Shown here one piece after another: positions 27,888 to 38,790 of a stretch of 47,906 bases of DNA (positions are counted from its first letter, which is position 1; each line of letters begins with the position of its first letter). Source of the DNA: a virus (Duplodnaviria; Caudoviricetes); the IMG/VR virus record IMGVR_UViG_3300027759_000132, positions 1-47,906 of that record. One strand, given 5' to 3'. The position numbers and the translations under genes are program-made. The notes under the pieces were generated by a model. That model saw nothing but the letters and a program-made list of their open reading frames with translations. It was not told where the DNA came from and did not search any database.

Positions 27888-30800
27888 ATGGCAGAATTTA
27901 AACTAGGTAGAATTAAGTTTGTATATCAAGGTGCATGGGCCGCTAGTACAGCGTATGTTGTAGACGACGTTGTTTCAGTAGGCGGAAAAACTTATATTTG
28001 TGTGGTTAGTCACACTGCATCTGCGGCATTTGCCACAGACTTAAATTTCAATCCTACAAAATGGAATGTGGTTGCTGATGGAGCTAAATGGCTTGGCGCT
28101 TGGGCAAATAATACTTCTTATAATATTAATGATCAAGTATTATACGGCGGAATTGTTTACCAAGCGAATACTGCACACACTAGTGTTGCAACTTCAACAC
28201 CTGTAACTGTAACAGGCGCATCAGGAGTTGGCGGCACTGCAACAATTACATTTTCTGCATTACCAGTAGCACCGTTTGCTGTTGGATCAAGCATTACAGT
28301 TGCTGGCATTACTACTACAGCATCTGGGTATAATGCTACTGCAACAGTTACCGCTTGTACAACAACAAGCGTATCTTATTCAAACGGAACAACAGCAACG
28401 TATACTACCGGTGGTACTATTGTAGGCACTAACTTAACTGGTTTGGAATATGATTCTGGTAAATGGGACGCATTTGCTTCTAGTTTTAGCTGGCAAGGTG
28501 CGTGGACCACTAACACACGATACAAAGCTCGTGACTTAATTACATACGGCGGTATTACATATCTATGTAACACTCCTCACCTTAGTGCCAATACTGCCGC
28601 ACTAGGACAAGAAGCTGATTCAAGTAAGTGGGATACTTTCAATGCTGGTATCACTTATTTAGGCGCATGGAGCGGAAGTTCTGTACGCTATAAAATTAAT
28701 GACGTTGTTAAGTATGGTGCTGATTTATGGATTTGTACAACATATCATACATCAGTAACAGCATTTGATAATACAAAATGGAGTATTTTTGTTAACGGAT
28801 TCCAATTTGAAAATAGTTGGACTGGCGGAAATACTTACCAGATAGGCGACATTGTATCATACGGTGGCTATGCTTATATTTGTAAACAAAACCACTCAAC
28901 AAGTCAAACCCCAACTGCAACAAGTTCTGCATACTGGGACGTTTACACAACCGGTTTTAGTTATCAAGGTGATTGGTCAAGTGCAGGAAATTATTATGTA
29001 GGTTCGATTGTGCGCCTTGGCGGATACACATACACTGCAATTGCAGATAATACAACTAGAACTCCGACAATTAACAGTACAATTCTTACAACAAATTTTG
29101 TTAACGTTGATTCTGTAACTGGGTTAGTTGATAGTTTACCTATCAGCGTAGCATCTAGTATTGGCGGATTGTTAAACACAAACACATATTATGTTATTGG
29201 ATCGACAGTAGCAAGCACAACTGGTAATTTTACAGGTTGTTCGATCAGCAACGGCGCGGCCGGTGCAGGAACAATATTATCTATCTCATCTGTAGCATCT
29301 GGTGCAAACCCACAAATTGGTATGTTTGTAACAGGACTTGGAATAACCGCAGGAACATATATTGTTTCTGGATCAGGTTTAACATGGCAAGTTAATAACA
29401 GCCAGTATACTGGCGGTACTACAATTAACATTACTGGTACAATTAATCAATTTAAAGTTAGTTCAACAGCAGGTTCTAGCACAGCAGTTACATTATCTGC
29501 AACAGCAGGTCAGTCAGTAATTGCTACTACAAATAACACACCTCCATTTGCAACATTTTGGACAAGATTAAATCCAGGTATTCGTTATAATGCAACTAAC
29601 GGAACTTATACTGGTATAAGTGCAACAAACGTTTCAAGTGCAGGTTCTAGCGCAACATTTAACGTAACTCGCAGTAATTCAGTTTATACTGTTACAATTA
29701 ATGCCGGCGGAACTGGATATGTTAATGCTGATACTCTTAAGATATTAGGTACAAGTGTTGGCGGATTGAGCCCAGCAAACGACATTTCTATTACGGTTAC
29801 AAACGCCAGCGGCGGTGTAATTCAATCAGCTGGAATTACAACAACTGGTAATGCGGTAACATGGACTACTGGTACAACTTATGTACTTGGCGATGCTGTT
29901 TACTTTGGTGCAAGCAGTTACATCTGCGTAAGCGCACACATCGCTACAAGCGGCAATCGCCCAGATGCAGATACCGTAGGAACATATTGGAATTTATTAG
30001 CGGCAGGTACTAACAGTGCAGTATTGACCACCCAGGGTGACATGTACTATTACGGAGCTCTTGGCGCAACACGTTTGCCAATCGGCACTGATGGACAAAT
30101 ACTTCGCGTATCTGGATCGTCACCTGCATGGAGTTATTTTGGTATTGTAAACAACGTAGTTTATGTTTCTCCAGCAGGAACAGATAGCGTTGGTTTAGGC
30201 CAAGGTTTAACTATTGATAAACCATGGAAGAGTGTTCGTTATGCGGCCAAATTAGTTGAAGACGGATATTTAAATCCTAATGCAACAAGTTTATTAGCAA
30301 GAAACAAACAATTTATAATTAAAGAAGTTAGCAACTATGTTTCATATACATACCAAGCTAGTATAACAGGTACAAGTGGCGGAGCATTATTAACCGGTAA
30401 CACATCTGGTTTATATGTTGGCATGCCAATAACATTTACAGCACAAACTGGTAGTCTTACAATTACAGGTTCTGCTATAAATTATTCTACAGTTTATTAT
30501 GTACAAGCAATTACACCAAGTACTAGTTTCACAGTTGCGGCTACTTACAACGGAGTAGCATTAACAGCGGCTGGTACTGGTACTGCTACAGTAAAATATT
30601 ATACAAGTCTTTCATCTGAAATTGAACGTGATGCAGGCTATGTTCTTGAAGGCGTTATTTTTGATTTAGGTCATGGCGGCACAGCTAAAACTGTAGCCAA
30701 TGCCCGAGCATATATTAATACTGCTGGTACAGGATATATTAATAGTGCTGTACAAGCTCAAGCATCTGTTATAGTTGGAGCAAACACATATCTATCAACA

Positions 30801-33800
30801 CTATTAGGTAATGTTCTTGCAGAAACTGCACCATCAAGCAACTATCAAACATTGAATAGCGTTGCAAGTCCTGCAACACAAATATTTGACGGATTAATTA
30901 ATGCAGAAACAGGAGTAACTACTACTGCTCAAGCACTAGTTACAATTGTAACTAACGCAGTAACAGCTGGTGTTAGCGCAGGCATTCCTGTTGCACAACA
31001 ACCACAAACAACTATTAATGTTAAAACTGGTACTTACAATGAAGTATTACCAATTATAATTCCTTCATACACCGCAGTTGTTGGTGATGAATTACGCTCA
31101 ACTGTAATTCAGCCACAGCCTGCGATTGCAAATTTAGTTAATGATAAACCAAAATCAATTAACAGTTTAAATCGTGTTAAGGCACTAGTAAGCAACTTAG
31201 TATCCAATACTGTTATTACAAATAGTACTGGGCATGCTTATGTATTGACTACAACTGCGGCTAGCAGTTCTGGCGGTACTAGTACTCTTACATTTGCAAC
31301 ACAAACAGTTGCACCATTTACTGTAGGACAAAAGATTACAGTTAGCGGAGTAACACCTAACGGATTTAACGGATCTAAAATAGTAACTGCATGTACAACA
31401 ACTACAGTTTCTTTCAGCGGTGCAACAGCAGGCCCACAAACAGTAGCAGGTATTGTATCTAATCAAGATACAAGTTTATCAGCAGGCAATGCTGGTTCAC
31501 AAACAACAGTTAACAGTGTAGTAACTAACATTGCTACAATGCAAAATATTTTAAACAATGGTATTGCACAAGCTCCTGCATATAGTTTTACCAACCCAGC
31601 CAACTATAACACAACTTATTTGACTGGTTTTGGAGATGCTAAAGCACAAATCGTACAAAACTATCAGTTTATCAAAGACGAAATATCAGCTTTCTTAAAC
31701 GTAAACTATAATTCAGTTTGGGTAGCATTAGGTGCTAGCGGTCAAGCAAACTGCCAACGCGATGTTGGTTACTTGCTAGATGCATTACAACACGATATGA
31801 CTTATGGTTGTAATAATCAAAGTTTGATTGCAGGCTCAACATACTATTCAAATTATATCTTGACAATTGCATCAACAGAAAAAACAGCTACCTTAGCGGC
31901 TTATCGAAGACTACAAACTGTTGTATATCAAATTTCTACAAAGACAGGTGTGTCGGCTAGTGCAGGTAATGCTACAAGTCAGGTTACAACTGGAAACGCA
32001 GGCACAACAGCGGCCGCAGTATTTGCGGCTCAACGTGTCGGAGATGTATATTACTGGATTAATAATTCTGCTAGTAACACATCAACATTCAATGCGGCAA
32101 CTACAGTGACAAACGGCGCAACTACTGTTACATTTACAACTATCAATTCTGGAACACCTACACCAGGAGCGTTGTTAACAGCTACCAATCCGTTAACTGG
32201 CGCGGCAATATTCCCAGTGGGAACATATCTTGTAAACCAAGTATCTGGAGTTTCAACTGTAGCTACTGGTAACTATTCAAGCGGTGGTGCACCGACTGCA
32301 CAAACTTTTGTACTATCTACTGCGGTAAACGTAGCGGCTGGACAACTGGTAGTTGGTACAGGTGTACCAGCAGGTTCATATGTTATTTCAACATACACTA
32401 GCGGCACAACAATTACATTAGTTGACTATTGGGGAGCTCCAGCGTTGTTAACAACACAAGCTTCTGGTACATATAGTTTCTATGCACCTAATACAACAGG
32501 TACATATAACATTAGCACAACTAATACAGCAACTACTGGTACATATTCAGTAACTGGATCCAACTCAATGACTCCAGTAGCTAGCGGTGCAATGAGTACT
32601 AGTACTGCGGCAGGTTTAGCCTATAGTGCAATTGCAAGTGCTCGTACTGAAATTCAAAACGATACAGTATCTTGGGTACAAAAATATTATCAAACATTAA
32701 ACTTTGCCACAGCAACTTGTTTTAGAGATGCAGGTTTGATTGCAGATGCGTTAGCATATGACGTTGGTTTAGGAACTAACTTTAACAGTATTGTTGCGGC
32801 TAAATCATATTTTAGAGCAATCAGTTCAGCACAATATGTTATTGCTAATCAATTAGCGGCTGAGATTGGCGCTGTTAACTTTATTGGATATAAAGTTAAA
32901 AACATTGCGGCCAATAGTTCTGTTATTACTACTAGCGAAATTATTAACGATGCAGTTGCAAACATTTTAGGTAAAACAACTACAACCTTAACAACTGCAA
33001 CTACAAGTACAAACGTACTAACAGTTAGTAGCACAAACAACATGATAGTAGGACAAGCAATATCATTTACTGGATTGCCAGCAAATATTACAACTACCGC
33101 CAGTGCTATTTCAAGTAGTGTTATCACATTAGGCGCTAGTGTATCTAGTTTAGGAATTGCTAACGGACAACAAGTTTACTTTACCGGCGCAGTATTTGGT
33201 ACAGTACAAGGTAATCAAATTTACTATGTAATCAGCGCAACAGGTAGCACAATTCAAATTGCGGCTACATTAGGTGGCGCGGCGATTACATTGGTAAACG
33301 GTTCGGGTACTATGGGCGTTGTAGTTAATGCGGCTGGCGGATTATATCCAAACAACATATATTGGATTAACAGTATTCCAAGCGGCACAACTTTAACTAT
33401 CACATCAACATATCCTGGCACATTCCCAGGAACAGCAACTACTATTACCAACACAGTTGGTAGCATGACTGCCACTGCTACAGTTGGCGTAACTGTCCAG
33501 ACTAATGGTACTATCACGTATAATAATACGCAAGGAACAATTCAAGGCGCAGAAATTCTTCGTGCCAACAAACAATTCCTTGCATACGAAGCAGTTGCCT
33601 ACACTAATTTAAGTTATGGCGGCGGAGCAAATGCAGTAACAACAACAGCGGCCACTGGCAACGTAATCACAACCAGTGCTAGTCATAACTTCACTGTTGG
33701 AGATCCAGTGATATTCTCTGGTGCAACAACAATTACTGCTTCAGTTACTGGCACAACAATTTCAAGTGACGGCACTAGACCAAATCAACTTACTGTTAGT

Positions 33801-36800
33801 TCAACTACAGGATTTGTGATTGGTATGAAAATTGTTCTTACTGGATCAGCTATCAGCAACTTGTCTGCTGGCACATATTATGTAAAAACCATACCAGACA
33901 GCACACATATTACAGTAAGTAGCGGTTACAACGGCACAGTCTTTTCAATTACTTCAACACAATCTGGGACAATGCCAGCAACTGTTGGCGGTGTAATTGG
34001 TAATTTGGTGTTAAACACAACATACTATGTTTTAACCACTCCAAGCACAACATCATTTACAATTACAGCAGTGCAAAATAGTTCTACTCCATTTGCATTA
34101 ATTGATGCTACTGGTTTAGTAACAGCACGTTATTCATATGATTTGGTAAAATGTGTACGTGACACTAACTCCTTTATCGATGCTATTGTTTACGATTTGC
34201 AATATACAGGAAACTACAAAACACGCAGAGCAGTTGAGCTTTATTTGAATGCTGTCAACGGATCGTTATTATCAGACATGTTCCGTGTTCGTAATGGTAC
34301 AGGATTACGTAATTGTACCTTAAACGGTCTAACAGGAACTTTAACTGCACCAAACATATATGGAACAAAGCGTCCAACAGCAGGTGCGTTTGTTGCATTA
34401 GATCCAGGTTTTGGTCCACAGGATACAAACGTTTGGGTTTCAACACGTTCGCATTACTCACAAAACGTAACAATGTTTGGTACAGCATGTACTGGTGCTA
34501 AGATTGACGGCGCACTACACGCAGGCGGCAACCGCTCAATGGTTAAAAACGACTTTACAACAATCTTGTCAGACGGAATTGGTGTATGGTGTACTGGTGC
34601 TAGCTCATTAACTGAATTAGTTTCAGTGTTTAACTACTATGGATATTCAGGCTACTTAGCAGAATTAGGCGGACGTATTCGTGCAACTAACGGTAACAGC
34701 TCATATGGTACATATGGTGTCATTGCGGAAGGAACAGACACTTACGAAACTCCAATCAATGCTACATTGAATAACCGTTCAGCACAAGGACAAATTACTA
34801 ACGTTGTAACAGATACACTTAATAAGATATTGCGTTACGAATTTGGTAATGCAGGACAAAACTATACTAATACTGTTCACACTACAAGCGGTGCAGGTTA
34901 CGGTATTACTACCATAGCAGATGAATTCCGTGATAGCGCAATATTTGAAACACGTTTGACAGACAACGGAGATGCTACATCGACATCTGTTGGCGGTACA
35001 AGTTATGTTTCAGTGGCTAATACTGCTCAAAGCAGTACTATTGGAATTTTAAACCTTGCGGCTACAGACAACGCATTGAGTTCAGCGTATGTAGGTATGC
35101 GTGTCCAACTTACTGGCGGTACTGGTGTTGGTCAATATGCTAATATCTTAACATATAATAACGGTAACAAACAAGCTCAAGTTTATAAAGATAGCTTTAC
35201 AAACTTAACAGTTACCGCCACAACAGCATCTAGCGATTTATTAACCGTGGCAAGTACTGCAACATTGTATGCTAACATGCCAATTTATCTTGGAGCTGAT
35301 GTAGGCGGAGCATTAGGAAATACATTATACTATGTAAAAACTATTTCTAGTGCTACACAATTTACAATCAGTACAACTAGCGGTGGAAGTGCATTTGATA
35401 TAACTTCAGATACATCTGCACAAACTGTAACATTGTATGCGGCAGGATGGGATCACGTTGTTCCAGGTTCAACTATTAGTAATGGTCCTGATTTAACAAC
35501 AACATACATTCTTGAGCCACGTATTAGTTATACCGGCCCAGGTTATACTGCTACTGCAAGAACGTTAAGTGCTACAGCAACATGGACTGCGGCCGCATAC
35601 GGCGCAGGAAACTTTGTTGCAATTTCTAGTGGCGGTACAGCAACTAGTTACAGCACAAATGGTACTTCTTGGACAGCGGCAGGCGCACAACCTAGTAGCC
35701 AAACATGGAAAGATATTGTATATGGTGGCGGACAAGGTGCAACAGCAGTTGCGGTACTTGGCGGTTTTGGCGGTTCAGGAGCAGTATTAGTTGCTAATTT
35801 AGGTACAGGAGCAACTGCCCAACAAATTGCCAGTGTAACAATTGTCAACGGCGGTGTTGGTTATACAACTCCTCCAACTATTGTGTTTACTAGTGCAAGC
35901 GGTTCTGGTGCCCAAGCAATTTGTACAGTATTGAACGGAGCAATTGCTTCCGTGACAATTAATGTTCCAGGTTCAGGTTATTTGACTGTTCCAACTGTAG
36001 TTGCGGCTACCGACAGAGTTTCTAGCTTTACTACAGTTACATGGGGCAAAACTTATTTGTCAACTCCAACTGTTACTGTTAGTACACCAGGCGGAATCAG
36101 TGCAACAGCATGGGGTTCTGGTGGTTCAGCAACACAAGGAACATATTATTCTTACAATAATGCAGGTACTACTAATTTCTATCTATGCGGTATTAGCGGA
36201 ACATTTACATCAAGTGGTCCAATCCATACTACTGGAACAACAACTAACGGTACTGCAAGTTTAACATATTATGGTACATTGGCAACTGGTACAGCAGTAT
36301 TGATTAACGCAGGCGTAAGCAGTATTACATTAGTAAACAGCGGTTCTGGTTATACAACAATTCCAACAGTTACTATTACTGATAGTAATTCAAGATTTGT
36401 AGCGATTGCAAACGGTTCAACATCAAGTTCAGTTGTTGCTCCAACAGCATTAACTACAACATGGTCAGCTGGCGCGGCTACTGGCAAATCAGACTTGGTA
36501 TCTATTGCTTATGGTAATGGTGTTTATATTGCAGTTGGTGGTACAACAAATACTGCAAGTGCTGTATCAGCTACAGATCCAACAGGCACAGGTGCATGGA
36601 TTGATCGTTCTAGTGCTATTACAGCTACATCAACCGGTTTCTACAACGCAATTGCGTTTGGTAATGGTTACTTTGTAGCAATCAACGGCGGCGGCGGTAA
36701 TAAGACATCTACTAGCCAAGCTAACCCAGGATTATGGGCCGCAGGCGGCAACTTGCCAGCAAGCACAACATGGACTAGCGTTGCATTTGGTAATAACAGA

Positions 36801-38420
36801 TTTGTTGCACTAGCAATTACCGGTGCAGTAGCATACTCAGTAGACAATGCTACTACATGGACTGCATGCCCTAGCTCAACAGGAACTACTGGAAGTATTC
36901 TTAGCTCTAGCTATACATGGAGCAAAATTAGTTATGGACAAGGTTTATTCTTTGCGATAGCTCAAGGTACTACTGTATGTGCTACTAGCCCAGACGGTAT
37001 TAACTGGACTGTTCGAGCAATGCCAAGTTCAAGCAACTGGCAAGGTCTTGCATTTGGTAACCCAAGTAACAAACCAGTATGGGCCGCGGTAAGTAACACT
37101 AGCGGAACAGTTGGTGCAAGCATTAGAACAGGCGCTCAAGCACTCGGTCGTATGCGAGCAATTGGTGGAAGCGTAAACGAAATCCGTATGATTGAACCAG
37201 GTTCAGGATATCCAAAAGGTGCGGTTACTGCAACTACAAGTTCTACCAATATCATTACAACGGACGATACTACTAACTTAGTTGATAGCCAGCCAGTTGA
37301 ATTTACTGGTGCTACTACAGGCGGGTTGTTATTGAATGTTACATACTATGTAATTGGTTCTACTATTGTTAGCAACACTAGCTTTAAAGTTAGTGCTACA
37401 CCAGGAAGTGCTACACCAGTTACATTAACTACAACTACAGGATTGTCTGGCACATATCGTGCAGGCCCAATTGTTACACAAATTGATCCTAACAAAGTTA
37501 AAACAGCAACAACTCGTGTACGTAACGGTGATGGCGTGTTAGGTAATCCAAGTATTCCTGCTCGAGGTACAAACAATGCTACTGCTACTGCTCAAACTCA
37601 AGGCGACGGATACAGTGATTTGTATCAAGTTAGCAGTTTCGTAGCTGTGGCAAACTTATATTCTGTACCAACAGCAGGTGCAAACGTACAATTTGCAAGT
37701 ATTGGTGGAACAAGCCAGTGGTATAAATTGGTTAGTGTAACTATTACAGGCGGATTAGTTGGTAATTATCAAGCAACGTTCCAAATTAACCCTGCATTAA
37801 CTACAGCATTGGCTCCAGCACACGGCGATCCAATTACAACTCGTTTGAAATACTCACAAGTACGTTTAACAGGACACGACTTCTTGTACATTGGTACCGG
37901 TAATTTCACAAGCACCAACTACCCATACGTCGATCCAACACTAGCGATCCAAGCTAATCAAACTAATAGTTCAGGCGGCGGACGAGTGTTCTTTACAAGT
38001 ACTGACCAAGACGGTAACTTTAACGTTGGTAACTTGTTTGGAGTTCAACAGGCAACTGGTACTGCTACATTGAATGCTAATGCGTTTAACTTAGCTGGTT
38101 TGCAGAGCTTGCAGTTGGGTGCAGTTACATTGGGTGTTGGATCAGCAATTATTACTAGCTTTTCAACAGATCCATACTTTACAGCCAACAGCGATAACGT
38201 TGTTCCAACACAAAAAGCTATCAAAGCGTATATTACTGCGCAGATTGGTGGTGGATCGAGCTCATTGAACGTAAATACATTACAAGCTGGACAAGTATAT
38301 CTTGCGAATAATACGATATCTAACTTCTATGGAACTCAACTTTTAGTAACTTCTAAGATGAATTTCACAGGCGGTATCGACGGTGCGCCAGTAGCAATGG
38401 CATACTTCTTACAAAAATAA
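27888..38420 (+). CDS. Giant multidomain virion fibre/spike protein (3510 aa), paralog of 19450
   Basis: Same scaffold: MAEFK start, CBM-like repeats, VKTGTYNE.LPI, GDELR, RATNGN.SYGT, QVRLTGHDFL.IG.GN, STDQDGNF.VG, PTQKAIK.Y. Confidence 0.8.
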   Translation: MAEFKLGRIKFVYQGAWAASTAYVVDDVVSVGGKTYICVVSHTASAAFATDLNFNPTKWNVVADGAKWLGAWANNTSYNINDQVLYGGIVYQANTAHTSVATSTPVTVTGASGVGGTATITFSALPVAPFAVGSSITVAGITTTASGYNATATVTACTTTSVSYSNGTTATYTTGGTIVGTNLTGLEYDSGKWDAFASSFSWQGAWTTNTRYKARDLITYGGITYLCNTPHLSANTAALGQEADSSKWDTFNAGITYLGAWSGSSVRYKINDVVKYGADLWICTTYHTSVTAFDNTKWSIFVNGFQFENSWTGGNTYQIGDIVSYGGYAYICKQNHSTSQTPTATSSAYWDVYTTGFSYQGDWSSAGNYYVGSIVRLGGYTYTAIADNTTRTPTINSTILTTNFVNVDSVTGLVDSLPISVASSIGGLLNTNTYYVIGSTVASTTGNFTGCSISNGAAGAGTILSISSVASGANPQIGMFVTGLGITAGTYIVSGSGLTWQVNNSQYTGGTTINITGTINQFKVSSTAGSSTAVTLSATAGQSVIATTNNTPPFATFWTRLNPGIRYNATNGTYTGISATNVSSAGSSATFNVTRSNSVYTVTINAGGTGYVNADTLKILGTSVGGLSPANDISITVTNASGGVIQSAGITTTGNAVTWTTGTTYVLGDAVYFGASSYICVSAHIATSGNRPDADTVGTYWNLLAAGTNSAVLTTQGDMYYYGALGATRLPIGTDGQILRVSGSSPAWSYFGIVNNVVYVSPAGTDSVGLGQGLTIDKPWKSVRYAAKLVEDGYLNPNATSLLARNKQFIIKEVSNYVSYTYQASITGTSGGALLTGNTSGLYVGMPITFTAQTGSLTITGSAINYSTVYYVQAITPSTSFTVAATYNGVALTAAGTGTATVKYYTSLSSEIERDAGYVLEGVIFDLGHGGTAKTVANARAYINTAGTGYINSAVQAQASVIVGANTYLSTLLGNVLAETAPSSNYQTLNSVASPATQIFDGLINAETGVTTTAQALVTIVTNAVTAGVSAGIPVAQQPQTTINVKTGTYNEVLPIIIPSYTAVVGDELRSTVIQPQPAIANLVNDKPKSINSLNRVKALVSNLVSNTVITNSTGHAYVLTTTAASSSGGTSTLTFATQTVAPFTVGQKITVSGVTPNGFNGSKIVTACTTTTVSFSGATAGPQTVAGIVSNQDTSLSAGNAGSQTTVNSVVTNIATMQNILNNGIAQAPAYSFTNPANYNTTYLTGFGDAKAQIVQNYQFIKDEISAFLNVNYNSVWVALGASGQANCQRDVGYLLDALQHDMTYGCNNQSLIAGSTYYSNYILTIASTEKTATLAAYRRLQTVVYQISTKTGVSASAGNATSQVTTGNAGTTAAAVFAAQRVGDVYYWINNSASNTSTFNAATTVTNGATTVTFTTINSGTPTPGALLTATNPLTGAAIFPVGTYLVNQVSGVSTVATGNYSSGGAPTAQTFVLSTAVNVAAGQLVVGTGVPAGSYVISTYTSGTTITLVDYWGAPALLTTQASGTYSFYAPNTTGTYNISTTNTATTGTYSVTGSNSMTPVASGAMSTSTAAGLAYSAIASARTEIQNDTVSWVQKYYQTLNFATATCFRDAGLIADALAYDVGLGTNFNSIVAAKSYFRAISSAQYVIANQLAAEIGAVNFIGYKVKNIAANSSVITTSEIINDAVANILGKTTTTLTTATTSTNVLTVSSTNNMIVGQAISFTGLPANITTTASAISSSVITLGASVSSLGIANGQQVYFTGAVFGTVQGNQIYYVISATGSTIQIAATLGGAAITLVNGSGTMGVVVNAAGGLYPNNIYWINSIPSGTTLTITSTYPGTFPGTATTITNTVGSMTATATVGVTVQTNGTITYNNTQGTIQGAEILRANKQFLAYEAVAYTNLSYGGGANAVTTTAATGNVITTSASHNFTVGDPVIFSGATTITASVTGTTISSDGTRPNQLTVSSTTGFVIGMKIVLTGSAISNLSAGTYYVKTIPDSTHITVSSGYNGTVFSITSTQSGTMPATVGGVIGNLVLNTTYYVLTTPSTTSFTITAVQNSSTPFALIDATGLVTARYSYDLVKCVRDTNSFIDAIVYDLQYTGNYKTRRAVELYLNAVNGSLLSDMFRVRNGTGLRNCTLNGLTGTLTAPNIYGTKRPTAGAFVALDPGFGPQDTNVWVSTRSHYSQNVTMFGTACTGAKIDGALHAGGNRSMVKNDFTTILSDGIGVWCTGASSLTELVSVFNYYGYSGYLAELGGRIRATNGNSSYGTYGVIAEGTDTYETPINATLNNRSAQGQITNVVTDTLNKILRYEFGNAGQNYTNTVHTTSGAGYGITTIADEFRDSAIFETRLTDNGDATSTSVGGTSYVSVANTAQSSTIGILNLAATDNALSSAYVGMRVQLTGGTGVGQYANILTYNNGNKQAQVYKDSFTNLTVTATTASSDLLTVASTATLYANMPIYLGADVGGALGNTLYYVKTISSATQFTISTTSGGSAFDITSDTSAQTVTLYAAGWDHVVPGSTISNGPDLTTTYILEPRISYTGPGYTATARTLSATATWTAAAYGAGNFVAISSGGTATSYSTNGTSWTAAGAQPSSQTWKDIVYGGGQGATAVAVLGGFGGSGAVLVANLGTGATAQQIASVTIVNGGVGYTTPPTIVFTSASGSGAQAICTVLNGAIASVTINVPGSGYLTVPTVVAATDRVSSFTTVTWGKTYLSTPTVTVSTPGGISATAWGSGGSATQGTYYSYNNAGTTNFYLCGISGTFTSSGPIHTTGTTTNGTASLTYYGTLATGTAVLINAGVSSITLVNSGSGYTTIPTVTITDSNSRFVAIANGSTSSSVVAPTALTTTWSAGAATGKSDLVSIAYGNGVYIAVGGTTNTASAVSATDPTGTGAWIDRSSAITATSTGFYNAIAFGNGYFVAINGGGGNKTSTSQANPGLWAAGGNLPASTTWTSVAFGNNRFVALAITGAVAYSVDNATTWTACPSSTGTTGSILSSSYTWSKISYGQGLFFAIAQGTTVCATSPDGINWTVRAMPSSSNWQGLAFGNPSNKPVWAAVSNTSGTVGASIRTGAQALGRMRAIGGSVNEIRMIEPGSGYPKGAVTATTSSTNIITTDDTTNLVDSQPVEFTGATTGGLLLNVTYYVIGSTIVSNTSFKVSATPGSATPVTLTTTTGLSGTYRAGPIVTQIDPNKVKTATTRVRNGDGVLGNPSIPARGTNNATATAQTQGDGYSDLYQVSSFVAVANLYSVPTAGANVQFASIGGTSQWYKLVSVTITGGLVGNYQATFQINPALTTALAPAHGDPITTRLKYSQVRLTGHDFLYIGTGNFTSTNYPYVDPTLAIQANQTNSSGGGRVFFTSTDQDGNFNVGNLFGVQQATGTATLNANAFNLAGLQSLQLGAVTLGVGSAIITSFSTDPYFTANSDNVVPTQKAIKAYITAQIGGGSSSLNVNTLQAGQVYLANNTISNFYGTQLLVTSKMNFTGGIDGAPVAMAYFLQK

Positions 38421-38432
38421 CGGAGAATTAAT

Positions 38433-38771
38433 ATGGCAACAGGAAGATTAGGAACACAGTTTTTATCATCAGGAACAATCGCAATATCAGCGGGTACACC
38501 TGTATATACTGTGACAACAGGTTACTATGGTGTGTTTAACGTTTCGTTTACAAACCAAAGCCCAACAGCATCTGTAAATATTCGATTAGCAATATCGACT
38601 ACTACTACACCTGCTAATAGTGAATATTTAGAATATTTGACTACAGTACCACCAAACGGTGTATTTGAACGTACGGGTCTTGTAGCACAAAGTGGATTAA
38701 ACGTAATGACATCATCAAACGGTACCGCAGTAAGTGTTAACGTTTACGGCATTGAAACAAGTACAAGTTAA
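38433..38771 (+). CDS. Small beta-rich virion protein
   Basis: MATGRLG...VYTV...N...NIRLA...EYLEY...GVFERTGLV...V.VYGIE; GGAG RBS. Confidence 0.7.
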   Translation: MATGRLGTQFLSSGTIAISAGTPVYTVTTGYYGVFNVSFTNQSPTASVNIRLAISTTTTPANSEYLEYLTTVPPNGVFERTGLVAQSGLNVMTSSNGTAVSVNVYGIETSTS

Positions 38772-38790
38772 TATTAAAGAGAGATAAAAT

